A stretch of DNA of 64,000 nucleotides from Myxococcota bacterium (lineage in GTDB: Bacteria > Myxococcota > UBA4151), in contig JAYZBQ010000015.1 of NCBI GenBank assembly GCA_036338695.1, forward strand, positions 1 through 64,000, written 5' to 3'. Position numbers and translations under genes: made by a program. The notes beneath the pieces are model-generated. The model was not told the origin of the DNA, made no database searches, and saw only the letters and a program-made list of their open reading frames with translations. Below are positions 20,938-31,478 of this stretch, one piece after another (position 1 is the first letter of the stretch; every line of letters begins with the position of its first letter).

Positions 20938-22674
20938 ATGCTTTGGCTCTCGCTCATCATGCTAGCACAAGGCTTCGAGCTGGATCTCGGGGTGGACGAC
21001 ACCACCGCCGGTCAGCCGTCGGCTGGCGTCGAGCTGGGGCAGTCGGACCTGAGCGCAGCCCAGGCGGATTATGACCAAGGGCGCTTCGCCGCAGCGCTGG
21101 CGCGCGCAAGTCAGATCACAGCGAACGGGCTGACCGGTCCGGTGGCCGAGCGCGCCGCCATCGTCCAGGGTTTATCGGCGATCCGGCTGGAATTGCCGCG
21201 CCTGGCGGTTTTGCTCGTCGCCGAGTCTCTATCTGGGATCGCTGCCGATATCCGAGGGCCTCTGCTGCGCGAGCTTGGACCGCTCTTTGAGTCGCCCGTC
21301 ACGGCGCCTGAGTTAGCGCGTGTGATGAAGGGCATCCCAGCCGCCGAGCTCGAGGAGCGATGGCGCCCCTACTTTGGATATTATGCGGCGCGTGCCACGC
21401 TCGCCGAGGAGATCGCTGCCCAGGAGGTGGAGCGGGCGCCACGTACCCGAAAACCAGCCGAGGGTAAGCAGATCGAGCAGGGCGGCGCGTTGCAGCTCGA
21501 AGAGACCGGGTTCGACGACCAGGAGCAGCAAGAGCAAGCCGCAGGTGATGCCCAGAGTCGCGCTGCGGCGGCGCAGGCGAAGATCCGCGCCGCAGAAGCG
21601 GAAGGGAAGAAGCGTCAGGGCGTCCAAGAGAAGGCCGAGGTGACCCGCACCCAAGGGGCGGTCGCCAAGGCGCGCTCGCTGCTCGGTTTGGTGCCGAGGG
21701 GGCACAGTTTGTACGCCAAGGCGCAGCTGCAAGCGGGGCTGGTTGCGACCCTCGAGGCGGACGACGAGAGCGCGCTGGGGCACTTCACGATGGCGCGTAA
21801 GTTCGGCAAGCGTGCCGTGCGGGCCGTCGCGTTGATGCAGATGGCGAGGGTGCACTATGCGCATGGTCAGATGCGCGCAGCGCTCGCCTATTACCGCGAG
21901 GTGCCGGCGAGCAGCCCGGACTGGCCGCGAGCGCTCTTTGAGCAGGCTTGGGCGCAGTTTCGGCGCGGCGACTTCGGTCGCGTTCTGGGTATCTTGGAAG
22001 CCTTCGATTCGCCTTTCTTGAGCGATCAGATCATCGAAGAGATCGAGGTGCTCAAAGCGCTCAGCTATTACGAGAACTGTCGCTACGACGAGGCGGTCCA
22101 GGCAGCGAGCGCCGTGCTCGAGAAGCGCTCGGTCTACGATCGACTTAGCGGCGCGCTCGCCGCGATGCCTCAGGGGGCGCAGTGGCTCAGCCAGTTTTTG
22201 CGGCGCGCCTCGCTGGAAGATCAGGTGCTTGCGCGGCGGCTTGAGCAGCTTGCGCTGCAGCCGTCGATCAAGCGATCGATTGCGATTTTTGAGGGCGCTG
22301 AGGAGGAGTACAGCCGCCTCCTCGGGGTCGGGCTGCAGCCCCGCGACCTAAGCCGGCTGGAGCGGGTCTTCAAGGAGCGATTTAGCGCGCTTCGAGAGCA
22401 GGTCGGTCTTCTGGTGCGCGGCGCGATGCTCGCTCAGCGCGTCTCGCTCGCCAATCTGCTGAAGAGCGCGCTGGCGCTCAAGGTTGAGATCGAAGAGCAG
22501 CGCACGAAGGTCCTGCAACAAAAGCTCAGGGGCGGTACGGGGGGCGTCATCGCCGTGCCCACTGGAGAGCCGGTGTCGGTCTCGGACGAATACAACTGGT
22601 GGCCGTTTGACGGTGAGTATTGGCGCGACGAACTCGAGACCTATGAGGTCCACCTTGGGAGCAGCTGCCGATGA
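20938..22674 (+). CDS. gltC: GltC-like TPR protein
   Basis: SPDWPRALFEQAWAQF, LKALSYYENCRY, C-terminal WWPFDGEYWRDELETY....C. Confidence 0.85.
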   Translation: MLWLSLIMLAQGFELDLGVDDTTAGQPSAGVELGQSDLSAAQADYDQGRFAAALARASQITANGLTGPVAERAAIVQGLSAIRLELPRLAVLLVAESLSGIAADIRGPLLRELGPLFESPVTAPELARVMKGIPAAELEERWRPYFGYYAARATLAEEIAAQEVERAPRTRKPAEGKQIEQGGALQLEETGFDDQEQQEQAAGDAQSRAAAAQAKIRAAEAEGKKRQGVQEKAEVTRTQGAVAKARSLLGLVPRGHSLYAKAQLQAGLVATLEADDESALGHFTMARKFGKRAVRAVALMQMARVHYAHGQMRAALAYYREVPASSPDWPRALFEQAWAQFRRGDFGRVLGILEAFDSPFLSDQIIEEIEVLKALSYYENCRYDEAVQAASAVLEKRSVYDRLSGALAAMPQGAQWLSQFLRRASLEDQVLARRLEQLALQPSIKRSIAIFEGAEEEYSRLLGVGLQPRDLSRLERVFKERFSALREQVGLLVRGAMLAQRVSLANLLKSALALKVEIEEQRTKVLQQKLRGGTGGVIAVPTGEPVSVSDEYNWWPFDGEYWRDELETYEVHLGSSCR

Positions 22675-25600
22675 TGCTGTTCGCCTTGATCTGGATGCTC
22701 GCCCCTGCGGGATCAGCTGGCGCTGATCGCGGCCGAAAGGTGCCGCAGGTGCAGGGCGTTGGGGAAGAGAAGAAGGTCTCGATCGATGGTCCGCAGGTGC
22801 GGATGAACGATGTCCGCCTCCAGACCGCCTGGAAGATGGACGACGTTCGGGTGCGTCAGCTGGCGTTGATCGAGGAGATGCTCGAGCTTGAGGTCAATGA
22901 TGAGCGCTACGCACAGCTCTTATTCCGCAAGGCTGAGCTGCTGCACGAGCGCGCCCGTTACTACACCTTTTCGGTCGGCAGCACCGAGGACCAAGCCGCC
23001 GAGCTCGAGCAGGCGGGTGACAAGGCGGGGGCGGCTGCCGAACGCGCAAAGATTACCCAGTACCAGACCCAGTCCAAGCGGGCTCAGCGCGCAGCGATCG
23101 GCTCGTACCGACAGATTATCCGCGACCTGCCGAACTATGAGCGCATGCCGGAGGTGCTTCACGCGCTCGGGCAGGCTTGGTGGGAGGTCGGGTTCAAGGA
23201 GGCGGCGCTCGATACGTACACGCGGATCATCCGTGAGTTCCCGGACTCCTCGTTCGTGCCGGACGCCTGGCTGAGTTTTGGCGAGTATTATTTCGAGAAC
23301 CAAGACCTCGAAAACGCGATCAAGGCGTACCAAAAGGCGGCGACGTTTACGCAGAGTAAGGTCCGTCCGTTTGCGGAGTACAAGCTGGCTTGGACCTACT
23401 ACAACTTGAACGACTTTAGGGCGGCGACCGAGCGCTTTGAGAAGGTCATTACGCTGTCACAAGAAGCAGAGAAGGCTGGCGCTGCGAGCGGTCGGTTTAG
23501 CCTTGGGCGCGAGGCGCGCCGGGACTGGGTATCTGCCTACTCACACTACGGTAAAGCCGACACGGCGCTTGAGACGATCCAAACGCTGGCGCCCAAAGAC
23601 AGCCGCATGATGGCGAACCGACTCGCTGATATTTGGCTCGGAAATGGCAAAGACGCCCTGGCGGCGACGTTGCTCGACCAGCTGATCGCTCAGGCGGGCG
23701 ACGACCCGCTGCTCCCGAGCTACTACGCCAAGCGGATTCGCTCGCTGCTGCGCCAGGGGGACCGGTCCCGGCTGCTCGCAGCGCTCGATGACATGGCGCA
23801 GGGCTTGCGGGCGATGGGGGCAGCCGGTGATGCCGATCGCAAGCGCAGGAAACGCTCGATGGCTGAGGCGGACCTCGGTATGCGCCAAGTCGCTACGCGC
23901 TGGCACAGCGACGGCAGTAAGGTCCAGAGCCAAGAGATGCTCGTCGACGCCGCCAAGGTCTACGACCTCTACATGGACCTGATGACGAAGTCGCCGCATC
24001 GCCATGAGATGCGTTTTTACCAAGGCGAGCTGCTCTTTGGGATGAAGCGTTATGAGCAAGCTGCGTTGGCGTATCAAGACGCCGTGCAGCTCAACCGCAA
24101 AGGTGAGTTCGCCGCCGACGCTGCGCTCGAGATGGTCCGCTCGTACGATGAGCTCATCGCGGCGGAGGAGGCTAAGGGCAAAGGGGGCGATAAGGAAAAG
24201 CTCAAGGAGCGCTCCAAGCGTATGATGGAGGCCTGCTCGCTGTACTTAGAGATCGCGCCAAACGGCGAGATGGCGCCGGTGGCGCGTTATCGCATCGCCG
24301 AGTCACTGTATGCCCAAGAGAAGCTCGATGAGGCGCTCGCCGCGTTCCTCAAGATTGTCGACCAGGCTGCCGGGACGGACTTAGGTGAGGTAGCTGCCGA
24401 CCAGGTCTTCGATGTGCTTCAGGCGAAGAAGGACTGGCGCGGCCTGCTGAGCCAAGCCCGCACCTATGCCGTGGATGTGCGCTTCAACGAGCGCCCTGAG
24501 TTCCAAGCGCGCGCCGCACAGATCGCAGACCAGACCAACTTTAAGGTGCTGAGCCTCTCCATGGCCGACCTCGAGCCCGCAGACGTCGCAACGGGCTTCT
24601 TGAACTATGTCCGCGACAACCCGAACAGTGATTACGCCGACGAGGCGATGTTCAACGCCGCTGTCTATTGGGAGAAAGCAGGTAGGAATGACTACGCGCT
24701 CGAGGTGCGTAAGGCCTTCGTCAAGCGCTTCCCGGACTCCGAGCACGCAGGCAGGACCTACTTCAATCTGGCGAACGTGTACCGCAAGACCTGTGATTAC
24801 GAGGCCGCTGCAGACCGGCTCGAGCGCTTCGCCACCGCCAACCCTGATGATGAGCTGGCGCCTTCGGCTTGGCTCGACGCAAGCGTCTACCGCGAAGACC
24901 TCGGAGACCCCAAGGCGGCGCTACGTGACCGGCTCGATTACCTCAAGCTTGCGACCAAGGCCTCGAGCAAGGAGAAGCCGGGGAAGGTCGGCAAGGTGCG
25001 CTTAAGCGTGGGGAAGTTGATCCAGGCGGTGCGCGGCGAGCTGGACGCAGCGCGCTATTACGACCGGGTCGTCAGCGACCTGGAGTCGCCCGGTGATCGG
25101 CTGGTGGCGCTGGGGCGCTCCGCTGAGGCCTGGCGCGCCTCCAAGGGGCGTAGGCGCCAGCTGAAGCAGGGTCTAGAGGCCGCTGAAAAGCGGCTCGAGG
25201 AAGCGTCAGCTGAGGCGATCGAGAAGGGGACGCAGCTCAAGGGTGAAGCGGCGGCGTTGGTCGCCGCTGCGCGGCTCGCTCAGCTCGAGCTTGAGTTTAC
25301 GGCTTACGCAGAGCAGGCGCTTCCGGGCGTCAACGATCAGCAAGCGTTTCGCACGGCGCTTGAAGAGCAGCTCAAAACCTTGGGCGATCTCAAGCTTAAG
25401 TACGTCGCCGTCGCCTCGATTGGTTCGCCCGAGCGCTCGGTCAGCGCGCTGCGGCGCATCGGCGATCTCCACGCCCTCTACGCCAAGAAAATTCTGGCTG
25501 TTCGCGCCCCGCGGAACCTGAACGCCGAGTCAGCTCAGGTGTTCCGTGACCGCCTCAGTGACCAGGCGCTGCCCTATCAAGACCGAGCGGCTGAGCACTA

Positions 25601-26015
25601 CACCACGTGCCTTGATAAGGCGCGTCAGTGGGGCGTGCAGGGTGCGGACACAAAGGGCTGCCTTGGATTTCTTCTGGAGCATCGCTCCGATCTTTTTCCG
25701 CGGCTGGACGAGGAGTCGCCGAACTTAGGCCGAACCTGGGTGGCAGCTTACAGCCCGTTTGGGGCGCTGCCGGTCCAGCGCGATGATCTGAAGTTCCTCG
25801 TGAGTACAGCCCCCGCACCGAAGGCGAAGGCGCCCTCCGAGGCTGAGCAAGTTGAGAAGAAAAAGGCGGCGCCTGCTGCGGCTGCGCCGGCGCCCACAGC
25901 CCAAGAGGAGAAGCCCGAGGAAGAGGCGACGGCTGAAGACGCCATGGCGAAGCAGATCCGTGACGACGGGACGATGGATACCGGAGACGACGGCTTGTTC
26001 GAGGAGGAGGAGTGA
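22671..26015 (+). CDS. gltD: GltD/AgmU-like large TPR protein
   Basis: Signal peptide; many TPRs (FPDSSFVPDAWLSFGEYYF, AEYKLAWTYYNL, ADEAMFNAA); position in the cluster. Confidence 0.82.
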   Translation: MMLFALIWMLAPAGSAGADRGRKVPQVQGVGEEKKVSIDGPQVRMNDVRLQTAWKMDDVRVRQLALIEEMLELEVNDERYAQLLFRKAELLHERARYYTFSVGSTEDQAAELEQAGDKAGAAAERAKITQYQTQSKRAQRAAIGSYRQIIRDLPNYERMPEVLHALGQAWWEVGFKEAALDTYTRIIREFPDSSFVPDAWLSFGEYYFENQDLENAIKAYQKAATFTQSKVRPFAEYKLAWTYYNLNDFRAATERFEKVITLSQEAEKAGAASGRFSLGREARRDWVSAYSHYGKADTALETIQTLAPKDSRMMANRLADIWLGNGKDALAATLLDQLIAQAGDDPLLPSYYAKRIRSLLRQGDRSRLLAALDDMAQGLRAMGAAGDADRKRRKRSMAEADLGMRQVATRWHSDGSKVQSQEMLVDAAKVYDLYMDLMTKSPHRHEMRFYQGELLFGMKRYEQAALAYQDAVQLNRKGEFAADAALEMVRSYDELIAAEEAKGKGGDKEKLKERSKRMMEACSLYLEIAPNGEMAPVARYRIAESLYAQEKLDEALAAFLKIVDQAAGTDLGEVAADQVFDVLQAKKDWRGLLSQARTYAVDVRFNERPEFQARAAQIADQTNFKVLSLSMADLEPADVATGFLNYVRDNPNSDYADEAMFNAAVYWEKAGRNDYALEVRKAFVKRFPDSEHAGRTYFNLANVYRKTCDYEAAADRLERFATANPDDELAPSAWLDASVYREDLGDPKAALRDRLDYLKLATKASSKEKPGKVGKVRLSVGKLIQAVRGELDAARYYDRVVSDLESPGDRLVALGRSAEAWRASKGRRRQLKQGLEAAEKRLEEASAEAIEKGTQLKGEAAALVAAARLAQLELEFTAYAEQALPGVNDQQAFRTALEEQLKTLGDLKLKYVAVASIGSPERSVSALRRIGDLHALYAKKILAVRAPRNLNAESAQVFRDRLSDQALPYQDRAAEHYTTCLDKARQWGVQGADTKGCLGFLLEHRSDLFPRLDEESPNLGRTWVAAYSPFGALPVQRDDLKFLVSTAPAPKAKAPSEAEQVEKKKAAPAAAAPAPTAQEEKPEEEATAEDAMAKQIRDDGTMDTGDDGLFEEEE

Positions 26016-27103
26016 TGACTCGCTTGACCTTGATCGGATTAGCGGCTGCGCTCGTTAGCTGCGCCTCGGCACCCAAGAAGCCTTTGGTGGTTGAGCAAGA
26101 AGTGGACCCGAAGATGCGAGCGCTTGAGCCCTTCTTGGCGCCGCTCGAGGCGGACGAGGAGGCAGCGGAAGAGGAAGGTCGAGAAGCTCGCCGCCGTCTG
26201 CTGACCGGGCGGATGTTGCTTGCCGGTAAGTCCATCGATGAGGTCCTAAGCGCCGCCGCATTGCAGGGAGAGCCGGCGTTGGTTCGAGCGGTGCTCGCGG
26301 CGCGAAACGGGGACTTTCAAGGCGCGCTGACCGCAGCCCGGACGGCGGGGGGGGTGCAGGGGGTCCAGTTGGCGCTGTCGATTCTGCTGGCAGCGGGCGA
26401 GCTCGACGCAGCCAAGCAGGTGGTTGCCCAAGCTGCTGAGGATGAGGGCGCTGCGGTGCTCAACGCCTGGATGGTGCATCGCGACGGCAAGAGCAAAGAG
26501 GCGATTGAGGCGCTGCGTAAGCATCTGTTCAACAAAGGGCGCGACCTGTTCGCCTACATCACGCTGGCGCGCATTCACGCTGAGCAGGGTGAGCTGCGGC
26601 TGGCGAGACTCGTGTGTAAAGAGGGGCTGAAGCAGGCGCCTAAAGATGCGGATCTGCACTATCTTCTCGGGACGATCGAGCAGAGTCGAGGGCGTCAGGT
26701 CGCCGCTGCACGTGCCTTTAACGCTGCGCTCAAGGTGGACCCCGGCCACGTCGGGGCGCTGCTGGAGCGGGCGCGGCAGGATCTGCTGGGTTTTGATTAC
26801 GCAGGAGCGCTGCGCTACACCGAGCGCGCCGTACGTCTGGTACCTGGTGACGCCGAGACCCGGCTCGTGCACGCGCTGACCTTGCGAGCCAACGGACGCT
26901 GCGCAGAGGCTAAAGTGTTGCTTGAGGGGTTGAGCGGCAAGCGGCCGGTTGCGCTGTTCAACTTGGGCGTCTTGCATCTGCGATGCCTCAACGACGCGAA
27001 AGCTGCTTTTCCACTGTTCAAGCAGTTTGTTGAGTCCCATAACCCGGACAGCGGTCACCCGGTGCACAACCTGTTGGTCGAGGCGGAGGCGTTGGCGGAG
27101 TGA
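26012..27103 (+). CDS. gltE: GltE/AglT-like TPR lipoprotein
   Basis: Lipobox LVSC; TPRs, ALFNLGVL; lies between gltD and gltF. Confidence 0.75.
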   Translation: MMTRLTLIGLAAALVSCASAPKKPLVVEQEVDPKMRALEPFLAPLEADEEAAEEEGREARRRLLTGRMLLAGKSIDEVLSAAALQGEPALVRAVLAARNGDFQGALTAARTAGGVQGVQLALSILLAAGELDAAKQVVAQAAEDEGAAVLNAWMVHRDGKSKEAIEALRKHLFNKGRDLFAYITLARIHAEQGELRLARLVCKEGLKQAPKDADLHYLLGTIEQSRGRQVAAARAFNAALKVDPGHVGALLERARQDLLGFDYAGALRYTERAVRLVPGDAETRLVHALTLRANGRCAEAKVLLEGLSGKRPVALFNLGVLHLRCLNDAKAAFPLFKQFVESHNPDSGHPVHNLLVEAEALAE

Positions 27104-27141
27104 AACCTTTTGGCGAACAGTTGAGACGGGAGGGCTGAACG

Positions 27142-27402
27142 ATGAGATCGTGTTGGCTACTCGCTGCATTTTTGCTCTCGGGTCCTGCGCTGGCTCAGGA
27201 CGATGAGCCGGTTCTGACGGGTCAGGCAGAGGCTGGGGAGACCACCGTCTTGACCTTCGATCAAGAGGACACGATCGAAGGGCGGCTAAGGACGCCGGAC
27301 GGTGAACTCCTTGAGGCGCGCAAGCTGTCGCGGCATCGGAACTTGATTCAGGTTCGGATGCATTTTCGGCGCGAAATTTTGCGTTTGGTGAATCGTCTCT
27401 GA
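27142..27402 (+). CDS. gltF: GltF/CglF small periplasmic protein
   Basis: Signal peptide plus TTVLTFDQEDTIEGRLRTPDG...NLIQVRMHFRREI. Confidence 0.85.
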   Translation: MRSCWLLAAFLLSGPALAQDDEPVLTGQAEAGETTVLTFDQEDTIEGRLRTPDGELLEARKLSRHRNLIQVRMHFRREILRLVNRL

Positions 27403-27412
27403 AGGTGACCCC

Positions 27413-29233
27413 ATGAGTATGCGACACGTCTTCAGTTTGGTCGTGGCACAAGGTGACGAGCGCCAAGCCCACTTCAGTGGGGCCTCGGCGACGATTGGTC
27501 GCCTCAGCACGGCTGATTTACGTGTCGCTGACGCCACCGCAAGTCGCCTTCACGCTCGCATCGATGTCGCCGAGGATGGTGTCTTGACTGTCGTTGATAC
27601 CGGGGGCGCAGGTGGCACCCGCGTCAACGGGGACGCGATCGAACGCGCAGAGCTCAAACCGGGTGATCGCATCGAGCTAGGGCGCAGCGTCGTCACCTAC
27701 CTGCGCTCGGAAGAGGACGAGGGGCTGGTCGGTGTCGATGAGAGCCTCAGCTCGGTCTTTGAGGCGAGTAAAGAGGCGAAGCAGGCTCACCTTGAGGCTG
27801 CTCGGCGGGTTGCGGACCGTGAGCGCTCCGACCCACGCAAAGAGGTCACGGCGACAGCCTTTGACGTGGCTAAGCCTGATCTCGGCGAGACGAACGCCAT
27901 CGAGCCAGCGCCCATCGAGCGCATCTATGTGGAGCCCGAGTCGGCTGTGACGCCCTCGAACGCTGCGCTTGAAGTCGCCCTGTTGTACAATGGCGGGCGA
28001 TTCGAGCTGGCGCACTTTAACGAAGGCGCCGTCCGCATCGGTAAAGAGCTCGAGGTCCCGGTCGAGGGGACTCAGTATGAAGGCCGAACCCTCTTTGAGC
28101 GGGTCGAGAGCGGCTGGGTCGTGTTTGTGCCCAATGGCGAGATCTGGCGCCCTGAGCATGGCGGCGGCAAGGTCACGAAGCCTGATCTGGTGCCCGGCTT
28201 CTTCCGTGAAGGGGACAGCGTCGGCGCGCCCATCGGGATCCGTGACTCGGGTAGCTTCACCTGTGGGCCTATCCAGCTCGACTATCGGTTGGTGCCGACG
28301 GCGCGTCCGCTGCCGATCCCGTGGTTGAGCCAGGTCAACTTTGACTTCATCAACTTGCTGCTCCTGAGCTTGCTGCTGCACGCGTCGGCGATCATCGCGC
28401 TGTCGCTTCATCCGCCGCGCGTGCAAACGCTCGAGGACACCCTGACGAAGACGCCGAACCGCTTCGTCCGTCTGATCCTCCAGCCCAAGCCGAAAGAGGA
28501 GCCCAAGCCCGAGAAGAAAAAGGCGAAGTCAAAGGCGAAGTCGACGCAACTCAAGAAGTCGGCGCCGGGCGAAAAGAAGGCGGATGACTCCAAGCCCAAA
28601 GCGGCGCCGACCGCCGCCGATGTTGCCGCTGCGGACCAAGCCGTGGAGAGCCTGTTTGGCGGGAGCTCCGGCACGGCAAGCGAGGTGTTAAGCACAGGAA
28701 ACAACGAGCTGAGCAACGCGCTCGGCTCGATCTCGGCGGTCGACCCGAACGCTAATTTGGTGGGTCTAAGCAACAACGAAGCGGTCCAGCGAGCGAACAG
28801 CGCCGTGGACCTCAAGCGCGTGGCGACACGCGGGCGGTCGTCCGATCGGAACTATGGGCGTAAGCAGCGAAACTTGGGTCAAAAGAAGAAGCTTCAGATC
28901 AAGCTGAGCTCCGCCGGGAGCAAGATCAAAGGGAATCTGGACAAGGCGGTCGTCGAGCGTGTGGTTCGACGGCACCGTGCCCAGATCAAGTACTGCTATG
29001 AGCTTGAGCTGATGCGTACGCCAGGCCTCGAGGGTAAGCTGGTGATGCAGTGGGTCATCGGGCAGGACGGTAAGGTGCGCTCGGCGAAGTCGCGCGCTGA
29101 GGGCACGACCCTCGCGAACGAGGCGCTGACGCGCTGTATTGTCAACAAGGTGCGCACATGGGTGTTCCCTTCGCCTAAAGGCGGCGGTGTCGTGATCGTC
29201 AACTGGCCGTTCATGTTCAAGGAGGCTGGATGA
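27413..29233 (+). CDS. gltG: GltG/PglI-like: FHA, TM and TonB-C/AgmX C-terminal domain
   Basis: FHA (IGR..SRLHA..GTRVNG), TM with SLLLH, Lys/Pro linker, IKYCYELEL..LEGKL..FPSPKGGGVVIVNWPF. Confidence 0.88.
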   Translation: MSMRHVFSLVVAQGDERQAHFSGASATIGRLSTADLRVADATASRLHARIDVAEDGVLTVVDTGGAGGTRVNGDAIERAELKPGDRIELGRSVVTYLRSEEDEGLVGVDESLSSVFEASKEAKQAHLEAARRVADRERSDPRKEVTATAFDVAKPDLGETNAIEPAPIERIYVEPESAVTPSNAALEVALLYNGGRFELAHFNEGAVRIGKELEVPVEGTQYEGRTLFERVESGWVVFVPNGEIWRPEHGGGKVTKPDLVPGFFREGDSVGAPIGIRDSGSFTCGPIQLDYRLVPTARPLPIPWLSQVNFDFINLLLLSLLLHASAIIALSLHPPRVQTLEDTLTKTPNRFVRLILQPKPKEEPKPEKKKAKSKAKSTQLKKSAPGEKKADDSKPKAAPTAADVAAADQAVESLFGGSSGTASEVLSTGNNELSNALGSISAVDPNANLVGLSNNEAVQRANSAVDLKRVATRGRSSDRNYGRKQRNLGQKKKLQIKLSSAGSKIKGNLDKAVVERVVRRHRAQIKYCYELELMRTPGLEGKLVMQWVIGQDGKVRSAKSRAEGTTLANEALTRCIVNKVRTWVFPSPKGGGVVIVNWPFMFKEAG

Positions 29234-29754
29234 TGCGTTGGCTGCCCGTGCTGCTGATGACGCTGTCGGCTCCGGCGCTGGCGAAGTGGCAGCCTGCGGG
29301 CGGTGTCTCGGGTTCGGTGGCGCCGCATCTGACGCTCCCGGTGACCGCTCTAAGCGATCGAGCTGTCGGGGTGGGCGCAGGATTTCACACCGACCTGGCG
29401 CTCTGGACACCGTCGACGCGGCAGGCGTTCGGTGCGCGGCTCTCGGTGGATGGCCTCCCGGGCGACGATATGGGCGATGGTGACCTCTTCTCGATCGACA
29501 TGATGCTCTACGCCGCGGTGGATACCAACCTGACGCGGCGTTGGGTTCTGCGTGGCTGGGGCGGCGCAGGCTGGAATCGAACGGACGGCCCCGGAGATCC
29601 GGTGGACCAAATCGTTGCGGGCGCTGGTGTCCGCGTCGAGCGCAAAGCGCGCCTGCGGCACATCTTGCTTGGTTGGGAGGTCGCCGGTCGGTGGCTGGGA
29701 TCCGCATCAGGGCTCGTCCTTCAGACCGGCCCTGTGGTGCGTTGGCAGCGATGA
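29230..29754 (+). CDS. Small outer-membrane beta-barrel, GltH/CglE positional equivalent
   Basis: Signal peptide (APALA), alternating beta-strand pattern, directly after gltG. Confidence 0.55.
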   Translation: MMRWLPVLLMTLSAPALAKWQPAGGVSGSVAPHLTLPVTALSDRAVGVGAGFHTDLALWTPSTRQAFGARLSVDGLPGDDMGDGDLFSIDMMLYAAVDTNLTRRWVLRGWGGAGWNRTDGPGDPVDQIVAGAGVRVERKARLRHILLGWEVAGRWLGSASGLVLQTGPVVRWQR

Positions 29755-31478
29755 GTGATGCGCCCTCGATAGAGACATTACTCGGGGCTGCCACCCAAGC
29801 TGAGTCAAAGCGAGACGGTGACAGCCTGTATGCGTTTGCGCAGGTCGCACGGCAGGCGGGCGCGCTTGCGCTGAGCTTGAGCAGCGCACGTCTGGCGCGT
29901 CAGCGAGGTTATGTCGAGCCGCCCGATGCGCACGAGCTCGAGCTTCTGTTTCGTTTCGAGCAGCTTGAGCCGCTGGTCGACCTGGCGATTGAGTTTAATC
30001 AGCACGAGACGCTCCAGCGTATGGTGTTAGCCTTTGGCGGACACCCAGATCTGCACCGCCACGGCGTCGCCGCCGCGGATGCGCTCGCCTCGATGATGGG
30101 CGTTGCGCCTGCCTTGCCGGCACGCCGAGCCGAGCCTGAGCTCGACGACTATTGGGAGGCGCTGCTCGCCGGCGACACGAGCTTGGTCGGGTGGGGTATC
30201 CGTCGCTTCGGCGCGCCAGTTGTCGACCGGATGATGCGCCTGGCAAGCCGCGGAATCGAAGCGCTGGTGAACATCGCTGCGCTGGCGCCAGCTTGGGTCG
30301 AGGTTCACGCCGGTAAAGCTGCGGCGCTTCCTTATTATCGCTACGCCTATCAACACCGGCTCGGAGACGAAGAGCACCAGCGTCAAGCCTTGGTGATGTG
30401 TGCTGCGCTGACCGATCGCGAGCAAGCGCTCGAGGTGTGCCGAGACGAACATGAGCGAGTTGCGCTCGCCCAGTGGGTGCTCGGACGACCGACGCAGGAT
30501 GCGCTCGATGCGCGCTGGCTTCGCTTCTTAGATGACGAGGCGCTCAGCGCCTTCGCCGAAGCGGAGGGAGAGCGATGGTTGGCGGGTGAACCGGCTCGAA
30601 TTCAGATCGAGAGGATCTGCTCGGAGCCCCGGCTGGCTGCGAGTTTTCAGCCTTGGTTCATGGCGATGGGGGACTTCCCGGCGGTCTTGCAATGTATCCA
30701 GAGCCGCTGCCGGATCGCCGAGCGCAGTGAGCGGGTCGGTTTGGAGCGCAGCGCGGCCGAGATGTTGGAACACCTCGGGCGGCACGACGAGGCGGTCGAT
30801 CATGCGGCTCAAGCGCTTTTGTTAGCGCCGGACAAGCAGAGCAGCTTTGAGCTGGTCCATGCCCTGGGGCAGGCACACCCCGGCTGCCGCCGTCGCGCCA
30901 GCGACCACCTCCTAGCCGCCGCTGAGACCTCTGGAAGAATCGACTGGGCGCTCAAGTCCTTGACTCTGCTCGCGGATGAGCCGCGACGCGCCCGAGCGCT
31001 CGAGCTCATCCTCAACCAGTTCTCTGTCGATCAGGTGCTCGAGGCCTTCGACGCCCTTGAGGCCTTGCACGCCGAGCTTGGGCCGGCGCTGTTCAAGCTG
31101 CTGAGCGATCGCGGTGCGCTCGACGCCGATCGCGTGGTTGGGTTTGTCCGAAGTCAGCTGCCGGCTTTGAGTCAGCAGACTTCTTCAGGGGACTATCAGC
31201 CGCTGCTGGACCTCCTTGAGCGCCACGCGGACGAGGATGACCGAAGTCAGCGTCTTCGGATCCCGATCCTTCTTGAACTCGGACGGGCTGAGGAAGCTCT
31301 TGAGGCGCTTGATGCAGCCGGGCTACCGGATCGAGGTAGCTGGGCGGTGCTTCGGGCGAGAGCCCACTGGCACCTCGGCGCAAGCCAGGAAGCGAGGCGT
31401 CTCTTGCAGGGGGCGGTGGAGTCGGGGAATCGCGCAGCAGCCGAGCTGCTCGAGTCGTTGGAGGCTGGGGATCTATGA
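29751..31478 (+). CDS. Divergent helical-repeat/TPR-like protein (AgmV positional equivalent)
   Basis: ATGA overlaps on both sides; Ala/Leu/Glu-rich helical repeats. Confidence 0.65.
   Translation: MSDAPSIETLLGAATQAESKRDGDSLYAFAQVARQAGALALSLSSARLARQRGYVEPPDAHELELLFRFEQLEPLVDLAIEFNQHETLQRMVLAFGGHPDLHRHGVAAADALASMMGVAPALPARRAEPELDDYWEALLAGDTSLVGWGIRRFGAPVVDRMMRLASRGIEALVNIAALAPAWVEVHAGKAAALPYYRYAYQHRLGDEEHQRQALVMCAALTDREQALEVCRDEHERVALAQWVLGRPTQDALDARWLRFLDDEALSAFAEAEGERWLAGEPARIQIERICSEPRLAASFQPWFMAMGDFPAVLQCIQSRCRIAERSERVGLERSAAEMLEHLGRHDEAVDHAAQALLLAPDKQSSFELVHALGQAHPGCRRRASDHLLAAAETSGRIDWALKSLTLLADEPRRARALELILNQFSVDQVLEAFDALEALHAELGPALFKLLSDRGALDADRVVGFVRSQLPALSQQTSSGDYQPLLDLLERHADEDDRSQRLRIPILLELGRAEEALEALDAAGLPDRGSWAVLRARAHWHLGASQEARRLLQGAVESGNRAAAELLESLEAGDL

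Noticed and set aside
27111..27124. Sigma-54-like TGGCGA..TTGA upstream of gltF (also candidates near 40560 and 48368)
   Set aside because: The required GG-N10-GC spacing is not met
29541..29750. Longer ORF-track starts (29541, 9792, 16816, 17414, 51508, 52461, 55991, 60228)
   Set aside because: They overlap upstream genes or regulatory elements; downstream ATGs with RBS or ATGA coupling fit better
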